Assembly (NCBI RefSeq): GCF_006345805.1
Contig: NC_043013.1
Coordinates: forward strand, 55,676,001 to 55,740,000
Source: Octopus sinensis
Taxonomy: Eukaryota
Length of the DNA stretch: 64,000 nucleotides
Direction: 5' to 3'
How positions within the stretch are numbered: position 1 is the first letter of the stretch; every line of letters starts with the position of its first letter. This document shows positions 53,693 to 64,000 of the stretch, piece by piece. The translations under genes were made by a program, and so were the position numbers. The notes beneath the pieces were generated by a model, which was not told the DNA's origin, made no database searches, and saw nothing but the letters and a program-made list of their open reading frames with translations.

Positions 53693-55440
53693 CTTCTTAT
53701 TTACATTCTGAGTTCAGTTTTGCCTTTAATTTTTTTTTTTTTTTTGAGGTCAATAAAATAAAGAACTATTCAAGCAGAGGGGTTGATGATATTAACTTAC
53801 CTTTTGCACCTCAAAATTGTTGCAGGAATTAGAAGCAATTGTATTAGATATATTAACCCTAACTTGGCTATATTTTGTCATACAAATGATGTCTCTGGCT
53901 CATTAACCTAATTAACTTGTTATTTTAAGAACTGTAAAATTGTCTTCAAAGATAAAAATTGCCTCTCATATTTAGAATATTATTTTAACTAAGAAAGAAA
54001 TATTTAAAAAAAAATTAAAACATTTATTGAATGATTGCAATCAAATTCATAAATAAAGATATTGCAAATTTGATTTCATGTTATCTTTGTTGTTTCTTCC
54101 CCAGATAAGCTCTAAGTAGGTAAATCAAAGACCTTCCAGCTGGGATTAGCTAATTCTTTTGTCTGGAATAGTGTATCTAAGACTTCTTATCCAATTTGTT
54201 CTATTTTCAAAATTTCAAAATTAGTTTTGAAGAGAATTAGCAGTTGTTTTTAGTCAGTCAAGTGTCTCTTCTCCTAAAGAGTCTCCTACATTGGTTTATA
54301 TAAATTACACTCTGTTCAGATGAGTAAAAAATATTTTTCTAAATTAAATAAATTTATGAAAACGTATTATTTTCTATTGGTCACATTTGACCAAGTTCCA
54401 GCCAATCTTGTCCACACACTTTATTGAGTTTCCTCTTATTTCCTTAGTCCTGGTTCTAAAAGTGGTCAGAGACCATTCCATATCTGAGTTCCTGTTCCTA
54501 TGTTTATAATTTTAGAACATAAGCTATTCTAATCTATATCAAAATGCAATATGTAAGAAAGAGGACTGAGCTGGTATTGATATATGATGTGTCGAGTAAA
54601 GAAGTGAGAAGTGATTCAAGTGGGAAGAATTAACAGAAGACGATAACCAAAGGCAAGTAGGCCAAAATGGTACAAATGCTTGTCAAGGGGCTGCATCACA
54701 CCAAGAAGAACTCATGGGATTCCAACATGTGGCAAAATGCTGTGCAACCCATGACAGCATAGAAAAAAGGATTTACAAATGATGATTATTGTGTTGATAG
54801 TGATGCAGATAATGACAATGATGATGATGATGATGATGAGGCAGTGGAGGAGGATAACTTAGAAAATGATAAGCAAAGTCAAAGGGCAGAAGTCTGTTCA
54901 AACGGAGAGGATTTTATCTTTGGAGCAGTGGGTTAAGTTTCAGATTTATCATCTGAAGAAATACTCTATCTTCTTTATCTAGTTTTCTGAGGATTGCTGA
55001 TAAGAAATTTACCAGTTTAAAGAACAAACAAACAAACAAAAGAGTTTAATGAATCAATTTACAGCTTTAAAATGTCTTACTAAAGATAAACTCTTAACCC
55101 TGACGTCCTCATACTCTGACAATAATCGATACCACTCATTTTCTTCACAAAACACTGATAAAACAGTTCTTTTGTGAGAATAAAATTAACTTTCAATTAG
55201 AATTAAATTCCATTTTAGTTTGGATTTTTTATTTCTTTTTACAACATAAAAAGCACAACAGCAAAAAAAACATCAACCCAAACATTTAGCGATCCACAAT
55301 CAAACCAATCACGCCTGACTGACAAAGTTTTAGTGATATTATTTTGAGCTCTCTTTATATTTTGTAGAATACCTTAATTTATTTTTTTTGTGTACACATG
55401 TAGTAGCACCCTGGTATTTTATCCACATTCCGTGTTTTAA

Positions 55441-55651
55441 CCCTTTCATTACTGTATTTATTTTGAGATGCTCTGTGTTTCTTTCAATTATTTTAAATAT
55501 AACAAAGAATTTAGTAAAATAACTTAATTATCATTAAGTTAGTGTTAGGAACATAAATTGCGACTAAGGTTTGGTGGTATATTTTAATGAAAAACTTATG
55601 AAAACAAGACATTTATACTACAAAGCCAGAGTTGGGTTGGTAACAAAAGGG
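55441..55651. mobile_element. TTAA-flanked MITE (piggyBac-like); related copies near 20760-20968 and 28608-28820
   Basis: TTAA|ccctttcattac...gtaacaaaaggg|TTAA. Confidence 0.85.
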
Positions 55652-57217
55652 TTAAGTATTTTTTTTTTCAGTTCAATAAATACCATTTTAAACTCTTCTC
55701 ATTCCACAAGAAGACAAGATTCATAATATTTATGAAGGTTGCTTATTTTAATATAAACATCATTACACTGTTATCACTTCAATCATCAGCAGTTTATTGT
55801 AGTTTATATCAAGTTTTGCAGAGTCGTGCAACTTAGTTCTTTGAACACTAAGCTGAAAAATGGTATGCAGCCTATACACTGGGTTTTTGAGAAGAAAATC
55901 TTGTAAAAGCGGTAGTCTGAAAGCCAACCATTTGAGCTTCAACCACAGAGCATTAGGAACTCCAAACTCAGTCACTCTCAGTTTCACCCCGGTGTTTTAT
56001 TAATCACCTAATCAGTCACAGTTTTCTGAGTTATGTATTATAAATGACGTTTGTTCACATGGAGAGGAATCTTATTTCACAAAGATTTTACCAATATTAG
56101 AACTGGAACTAAACACTTGAAGTGAACAAAATGTTTATCAATGATATGTTAGCTTTCAATTTCTCACAATACATCTTAGAGAACTTAGCCAACAAGAGGT
56201 AACATTATGGCATCATGGCTATGAATACAAAGATTCCAATGTTCCAACAAATGTCCATGCCTTACAGACTCAAAACAGGTTTGGTTTTTTTATTCAAAAA
56301 ACAAAAATGGAAATAAATTGTTGTGCAAACAACTTGCACATGCAAGTGCTACCAGTCAAAAACTCTGCATACCAGAATCCAGCAAGTATATGGAGTTATC
56401 AGGAGAGAATTCGCGCTGTTTCAGGGCCTACCTCTCGATGGCATCAATGCTCACCGGCCACCCTCCCTCACTGATATGTAGCCCCACTTGCTAGATCAGC
56501 AGGTTATCAAATAAAGCTCAAAATTCTTCTAGCCATCGCTCATCGTCTCTTTTTAACATTATAAAGTTAATACAATTTTGAAATTTTGCTTATTAGAGCA
56601 AGAATTTGTTTTTGCCTTGCTATGAGAAACTGGTTATGTTTAAATATCTCCAATTTTCACATTTGAGAACCATCTCCAATTTCAGTATTCACATTTCCGC
56701 GTCTCCAATTTCTTTTCCTAAGTATTATATCTGTTTCCAAACACAAATCAAAATGACGCATAATGTAGATGATACGATACACTGTGGTAGTTTCTCATTA
56801 TATTTACCTGATAGATATGAAGCCTGAAGTATTCAGAAGAATGATGTTTCCAAGTTATGTCATTCACGTCTTTCCCAAGAGTATTATCAGCTTGAAAGAG
56901 ATGAAAATGGTTTGAACTAGAAATAGAAATAAGACTGCTAACTTGAAGAGAACTGGCCACCATTTCACAGCATTCACACTATTTCCAAATAAATGCAAAC
57001 CAAAATTGACATTTTATTTAAGAAACTGATATGAGTTATGCCTTCAATATCATCAAGTAAATACAAGGGGAATACATTTGTGTTGAACAGGAAATATAAT
57101 TTAGAATGATAGGGTTTACTATTTAATGAACAAATATTGTGGTGGAGAATGTATTGGTGCTGGCTAAAGGTAAATGCAACTAAAATAAAGAATGTAACTT
57201 CAAGTCAATACAGCTGT

Positions 57218-57595
57218 AGATTACTTGTTTCAGTTGTTAGACGGTGGCCACACTGTAGCATCAGGTTGAAGAATTTTTAGTCAAACGAATCAATCCCCGG
57301 ACTTATTCAAAAAACCCTGGTACTTATTCTATGTGTCTCTTTTACTGGACTGCTAAGTTATAAGGCCAGGAACAAACCAACACCGGTTGTCAGGTAGTGG
57401 TGGGGGGGGACAAACACAGATACATAGACACACACATGTATACAGTGAGCTTCTTTCAGTTTCTATTTACTAAATCCATATGGTTGTCTCCCTGAGACTA
57501 TAGTAGAAGACACTTACCCAAGGTGCCACGTAATGAGACTGAACCCAGAACCATGTGGTTGGGAAGCGTGTTTCTTACTATACAGCCACACCTGT
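57218..57595 (-). mobile_element. Full-length SINE family B
   Basis: Reverse complement of 21413-21841. Confidence 0.85.
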
Positions 57596-58261
57596 GTCTT
57601 GTCTGTCTGTATGTATTTTATCAGAAAAATATTTTAAAGCTAAACTATTTTACAAGATGATAATGCAGGGAAATTTTTGTGAACAAACTCCACCGTGTCA
57701 TAAGTTGGCCAATACAGAAATTTCTAGAATGACACTGCTTAGTGAATATAGTCTTAAACATAAGAAGCAACAGAGAAATCTACTCCAGCATGGAATATGT
57801 GTATATGGATGTCTGAACTGTGCAGAATTTTCCTCTCGGTTGATGACGCTAGTTAAACTCGCCCATTATTTATTTATTGGTGTTTAAGTATTCGATGTAC
57901 TATAACACTATGTAAATCATCATAGCAGGTTCAATAATGCAAATAAACAGAAATAGTTGTGATCAAATAAAATATTAATCAGAAACAAAATACAGAACTG
58001 AAAGTTCCGTTCAAGCAAATGTGTCTGACAATTATCCAAATGAAGCTGAGGAAAATAAATGATTCTTTATATTTTATTGGTCTTGGCATTCTAGGTTAAA
58101 TTATAGCCAGAATACTATGTAATAAGATTCTTCGAATGTTCTTCTGAATTATTATTTGACACTTCATTCTTAACTTGCAGTCTTTGGAGAGCAACACGCA
58201 CGAAGGGAAGCAAATGTAACCGTTTTACATTTTTTTAACACATTAGCTGTTCAAAACTTAC

Positions 58262-58318
58262 CTATTCCTTCAGTCTCACACACATCAATATCCCCTAGGG
58301 ATCAGTTATATAATAACT
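58262..58318 (-). other. Possible non-coding exon (57 nt)
   Basis: atttttgtag|AGTTAT...GAATAG|gtaagt; stops in all three frames. Confidence 0.3.
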
Positions 58319-58394
58319 CTACAAAAATATATTTTGTTTTGGTAATCTAACTGAACTGAGGAGCAGAATAATGGGATAAAAGGAATCTGTTGGG

Positions 58395-58840
58395 TTTTTA
58401 GGAGGCTGCTTGCTTAGCAACCACATGGTTTTGGGTTCAGTCCCACTAATTGACACCTTAGGCAAATGTCTTCTACTATAGCCTCAGGCCAACCAAAGCC
58501 TTGTGAGTGGATTTGGTAGACAGAAACTGTAAGAAGCCCATTTTGTGCGTGTGTGTGTGTGTGTGTGTGTATATAGATGTCTGAACTGTGCAGACATCAT
58601 ATATATATGTGTATATGTGTGTGTGTATGTACGTATTTGTGTGTCTGTGTTTGTGCCCCCACCATCACTTATTAACTGATGTTGGTATGTTTACATACCT
58701 ATAACTTAGTGGCTCAGCAAAATAGACTAATAGAATAAGTACTATGCTTAGAAAGAATAAGTCCTGGGGTCGATTCGTTTGACTGAAGATGATGCTCCAG
58801 AATGGCAACAATCAAATGACTGAAACAAGTAAAGGGAAAG
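58395..58840 (+). mobile_element. SINE family B
   Basis: Collinear with 21413-21841. Confidence 0.85.
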
Positions 58841-59632
58841 GAAAGAGGTGTATTACACAAGGTATTACAGTGAACAAAACCCCTTGCTAAGCCAGGAACA
58901 GAGAATATCTACGAAGGTTCAGCTTGCTAGAAATAGAAACCAAATCTCTCTTAGATCATATCAGTTTTAAATAAAAAATAGTTTGGATGAACTAATCTTA
59001 AAAATTGTTGGTGGTCAAATCTGGAGAGCCTTTGATTGTGGGTTTTCTTTGTTATCACCCTCATAACTTGTTAATGAAAACATACTGAGTGTGTTCCTCA
59101 ACTACACTGCTCTGTGTTAATCAGGCTATCTCATACTAGAAATGGCAGCCAAACTGCTTTCTCATCATGTATTCTAAATTTTAAAAGGAAGGCACATTAC
59201 CTAATGTATTTAAGTGTATGAATAAATATGTATTGATGTGTATTTGTCTATCAATCTATCTATCAGTTTGTTTGAATGTACATACATATGTATGTATGTA
59301 TGCTTCCTCCGAGTAAGGAGCTGGTTTTTAACAAAGCTCCATCGTTGGAATGGAGATAACAAAAAACAAAGGAACCTTTTAAACTTGAGAAAAGTCTTGC
59401 ATATTCATTCTGCTCCATTTCCAGATTATGTTTGTGACGTGTGAAGTGGTTGATTTCTCTTTTTCTGAAATCCAAGCTTATCCAGGCAGTTGCTTAGGCA
59501 TTTACTCACGAAACCAAGGGCAACAAACATTGCTGGTAAAAATCAAAATTTATAATCTGGATTTGGAAGCTGGAGGTTTCAAAGCATAGTCATCCTCTTT
59601 CTCTTTAACTTTCAGTGTGTGTGTGTGTGTGT

Positions 59633-60929
59633 CATTATTATTCAGTTTATTTCAAGATTTCTTGCCAATAGAGAAAGAACCAGTTTCTAACTGAGATCCA
59701 AGGCTTGTTCATTGGAATTTCAACATGGAAGAGGTAGACTCAGAAAGACCTGGGATGAAGTGGTGAAGCATGACCTTCGAACATTAGTCCTCGTCAAGGC
59801 AATGACTAGTGGCCGAGACCTTTGGAAATATGCTGCACTTGAGAAGACCCAGCAAGTCAATTTCACTTGCCTCAACAGGTCTTTGCAAGCAGAGTTTAGT
59901 GTCCAATGAAGGAAAGGTACGCATAAATGGGCTGGTTACACCCCTGGCATAGGCCATGAGGTTATGGTCTCACTTGACTTGCTGGGTCTTCTCAAGTGTG
60001 ACCATAACCTCATGGTCTATGCCAGGGGTGTAACCAGCCCACTTATGCGTACCTTTCCTTCATTGGACACTAAACTCTGCTTGTGAAGACCTCTTGAGGC
60101 AAGTGAAATTGAAATCGAAATCAAATTCGATGACTGGCATCCATGCTAGTGGAGCGTTAAGAGCACCATCCAAGCGTGATCGTTGCCAGAGCAACAAATT
60201 GGCTTCTGTGCTGGTGGCATGTAAAAAGCACCATTCAAGTATGATCATTACCAGCGTCGCCTTACTGGCACTTGTGTTTGTGGCACGTGAAAAAACATTT
60301 GAGCAAGGTTATTGCCAGTGCGGCTGGACTGGCTCCGGTGCAGGAAGCACATAGTGTGGCTGTTGCCAGCACCACCTGACTGGCCCTCGTGCCAGTGGCA
60401 CGTAAAAGCACCCACCACACTCTTGGAGTAGCTGGCGTTAGGAAGGGCATCCAGCTGTAGAAACTCTGCCAGATCAAGTTTGGAGCTTGGTGCAGCCATC
60501 TGGTTCGCCAGTACTCAGTCAAATCGTCCAACCCATGCTAGCATGGAAAGCGGACGTTAAACGATGATGATGATGATGATGACTACAGAGTATTTTTGTT
60601 TGTTTGTATGTATGTATGTATGTATGTGCAGATTTGTATGTTTTATGTACCTATTCTCATGCATATAGTTACATACCTAGACATGCTCATATATATTTAA
60701 ATGATAAACTTCTGGAAAGTTTTACAGATTTTTACAGTTCCAGTGATGGATTGGATCTGTAGTCTTCGAATTAGGTTTCTCCTTTCTGGTTTCGAGAAGC
60801 CTAATTTCTCAAGATTGGTATTTAGGCAGTGTGTTACATATCTCAGGACCCCAATAATTACCTGAACCTGTAATCTGGATAGAGCAACTGCAGATTTCTC
60901 AATAGTTCAGCATAGGTGATCTTCAGCTT
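59633..60929 (-). mobile_element. 5'-truncated RLE-type non-LTR retrotransposon, probably split by the RTE insertion
   Basis: 60929-60697 reads YAELLRNLQLLYPDYRF/frameshift/IIGVLRYVTHCLNTNLEKLGFSKPERRNLIRRLQIQSITGTVKICKTFQKFII*; (TACA)n lies 5'; putative terminus 59723-59633 has AATAAA, then (CA)n. Confidence 0.7.
59724..60582 (+). mobile_element. 5'-truncated RTE LINE with internal inverted duplication
   Basis: GRGRLRKTWDEVVKHDLR...GRDLWK is an RTE ORF C-terminus; 3' UTR and (GAT)n tail follow. Confidence 0.9.
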
Positions 60930-61028
60930 TATGTATGTATGTATGTATGTATGTATGTATGTATGTATGTATGTATGTTTGTATGTATGCATGTATGTAT
61001 GTATGTATGTTTGTATGTTTGTATGTAT
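60930..61028. repeat. (TATG)n microsatellite
   Basis: Direct reading. Confidence 0.95.
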
Positions 61029-61117
61029 GCGCTCACACACATACATAATTACAATACACCAAGGTATTGTCATAATAAAATCAGTTTGATCAAATGTTTT
61101 CTGAACAATCCCTGGTT

Positions 61118-61554
61118 CATCATCATCATCATCGTTTAATGCCCGTCTTCCATGCTGGCATGGGTTGGATGATCTGACTTGAGCTGGCCAGGCAGAAGAC
61201 TGCCTCAGGCTTCTGTGTCAGTTTTGGTAGGGTTTTTACAGCTGGATGTCCTTCTGAACACCAACCACTCCACAGAGTGGACTTAGTGCCTCCAGCACAA
61301 TAAGATCAGTTTTGACATGACTTTTGCAGCTGGATGCCCTTCCAAATGCCAACCACTTTACAGTGTGGACTGAATGCTTTTTTACGTGGCACCAGTTCTG
61401 GCAGGGTTACCAAGTAACTTTGTAAGACAAAGAATCTTTGAAAGGGGAAGGGGCATTGGAAGAGGAGGTGATCTTCTGTCAGATGATGAAAGGCTACAGT
61501 GTGACAGAGAGACAGAAACAGGTGTCTTGCTGTAGGGGAGGTACATGGCTACCC

Positions 61555-61592
<38 letters not shown>

Positions 61593-61724
61593 GGCGGGGG
61601 AGAGGGAGTTAAGAAGAAAGAGGGTGGAAATAGGTGTGCTGCTGTAAAGGAGATACATGGTTACTTAACCAGAGGGAAGAGCAAAAGAAGGGAGAGAGAG
61701 AGAGAGTGGGAGAGAGCAAATATG

Positions 61725-61757
<33 letters not shown>

Positions 61758-62110
61758 AGAGGAGAGATGGTGGCAAAGTGCCAAGGTATACTCGCAAAGA
61801 AGGGAGATCAGAGCATAGATGAGGTGGAAGAGTAAGGAAGAGAAAGCGAGATAAATGGTGGCAGGTACCAGGGTGTACACCCAAGGTATGAAGGTCATAA
61901 TATACGTGGCAGGGTATTGCCAAGAAGGCACGAATAGGGAGTGGGGGTGGGGAATGCTGTGATTGGTGAGAAGCTGGGTATATAGAGGAGGGTAGAGAAA
62001 GCAATGATACATTGAGCTGGGCAGTGAGGACAGGATTGGGGAGTGGGAGATAATCATAGGGTACGAAGAGGAAATGGGGAGAAGAGAAGAGATGCAGCTT
62101 GGGAAGGGGA
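61118..62110 (-). mobile_element. RTE-tailed element with long CT-rich segment; homologue of 1541-2560
   Basis: See 1541-2560. Confidence 0.65.
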
Positions 62111-63399
62111 GGGGTGTTGTTTGCTTTCAGTGACCAGAACTTCTTTATTCACATGCATCACATGTCCAGACCAACGTACTCTCTTCCCTTGCCCGCTGCA
62201 TTTGGTTCAAGGGGCTAAACATCAACAATCACACCTTTCCATATTTTCAAGTTACAAAACCCTAACACACCTATGAGGGGTCTTCCAGCTAATCATTTTC
62301 ACCAATTCAACTTTACTCAACAATTCATTTCTTCTTTGTTTCTCTACGAAAACCTTGCTTCTCCCATTCAGTTCCCAGTTTTCTGGTATCAGTTAATAAA
62401 GATTCATATTAGCTACACAATTATGTTTAAGCAACTAATGAGCTGATATTAACGATCATTAACAGATTATTACATGGATAACAAGTTCTAGATTCAAAGG
62501 AACATCAAAGAATTTGGCAACTCCATGAGTTAGGAATTTCACATCAAACATAAGCCAAAAGGAATTACTGTCAGGCATTTGAACCAAATTTCCTAGTTGA
62601 TATCGTTATTTTCCTTATTATTATTATTGTTATTCTTGTTGTTGTTGTTGTTAGTATTATCATCATCATCGTCGTTGTTGTTATCCTCTTCTTTTTGATT
62701 ATCATTGTTGTTGTTGTTGTTATTGATGCTCATAGTGTGAAGATGGCTTTTGATTCTCACTTCAAAGTATGACTTATTTTAAGCATTACCCAAGGAAATT
62801 CTCTTTGGAGTCCTTGTGAAAGGAACGACAACAGCAGAAGGATGGGCTTCTCTGGAAACCCGGGAGGCAGAGAGGAAAAATGGATTTGTTTCTCAAACTT
62901 TTAAACTTATATTTATATGCATTACATTTTCACATCTGAAAATGGCTTCCACACATAATTATGGCACATGAAAGAATACTAAAATGGCAAAGAACACGAA
63001 AAAGAAACTGAAGAACAGAGTGAACAGTTCATAGAAGAAAATCTCCTAAATACGTAATTGGCAACGATAGTAATAAATTCAATAACCACAGTTTCAAATA
63101 TTATGGTGTCTTCTTAGAGTAGCTGAAGAAAAACTACACTTCCCTAAATGAAGAGACAGAATTTTTGGATCAAAGAAAATGAAAGTAATGAGGTGGGCCG
63201 GTGCAGAGTGATGCAGTCGAGAGGTAGGCCCCCAAAATGGCACACATTCTCTCCTGACCCCATATACTTGCTGGCTTCAGGTATGTGGTACTTTCAACTG
63301 GTAGCACTTGCATGTGCCAGTTGTTTGTAAAACAAATATATATATCTACAAAGTTTCGGCCTCAGAGGCAATGACAAGTGAGTGAGACCTTCAGAGACA

Positions 63400-63830
63400 T
63401 GCTGTGCTTGAGAAGACCTGGCAATCCAAGTGATATCGTAGCAGTGGCCAATGCCAGTGTTGCACAATTGGCCCATTTAAATGTACCCTTCAATCATCGG
63501 GCAGTATGCTGTGCTTGAGAAAACCTTTTGAGTCAAGTGAAATTGTAGTCGCAGCCAATGCCAGTGCTGCCTGACTGGCACCTGTGCTGGTGGAACATAA
63601 AAAGCACCATTTGAGTGTGGTTGATACCAGTGCTGCCTGATTGGCTCCCATGCTGGTGGCACGTAAAAAGCACCCACACTTCTGTTGGAGTGGTTGGCGT
63701 TAGGAAGGGCGTCCACTTGTAGCCACTTGCCCGACTAGATTGAGCCTGGTGCAGCTTCCCGGCTTGCCAGCCCTCAATCAAACTGTCCAACCTATGCCAG
63801 CATGGAAACTGGACGTTAAATGATGATGAT
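63400..63830 (+). mobile_element. RTE 3' UTR fragment with (GAT)n tail; an opposite-strand tail begins at about 63933
   Basis: Repeated gctgtgcttgagaagacc subunits and the terminal ccaacctatgccagcatggaaa..ggacgttaaa(tga)n. Confidence 0.8.
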
Positions 63831-64000
63831 GGTGCATACATATATAGATATATATGTCACATATATGCAAACCATATACATACTTATATATATATATCAT
63901 AGTGTGTGTGTGTGTGAGTGTGTGTATGTGATCACCATCTAGCGTCTGCTTTCCATGCTGCCATGGGTTGGATGGTAATGAGTGAGCAAGGGCGGTTTCT

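Noticed and set aside
63148-63330. 60-aa ORF with a cag|gtatgt donor as a first coding exon
   Set aside because: SRGRPPKW resembles a decayed LINE C-terminal motif; no downstream exon identified.

Overview
AT-rich, microsatellite-dense animal DNA. I infer an Octopus genome from the repeat repertoire: two tRNA-headed SINE families, (GAT)n-tailed RTE ends and (TA)n/(CA)n tracts. I found no intact host protein-coding gene; the supplied ORFs are mostly microsatellite read-through or transposon relics. The window is a nested transposon landscape: Penelope-like (PLE) fragments, two 5'-truncated RLE-type (R4/Dong-like) non-LTR elements in microsatellites, CR1 and RTE LINE ends, mariner and hAT transposase fossils, hAT- and TTAA-type MITEs, Helentron-like repeats, and a few possible non-coding exons. 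The strongest hidden signal is a set of minimal type-I hammerhead ribozyme motifs from several PLE-like families. Their core 3-8 pair covaries (C-G, U-A and G-C all occur), and a G3-C8 pair sits in both arms of a 285-bp palindrome flanked by a 16-bp target-site duplication. Other notable items are an RLE element associated with (TACA)n/(CA)n, a SINE-head/CR1-tail chimera, a shared SINE/LINE 3' stem-loop, a 67-bp templated insertion and a template-switch inversion. All family assignments come from reading motifs by eye, with no database search, and repeat boundaries are approximate unless TSD/TIR coordinates are given.
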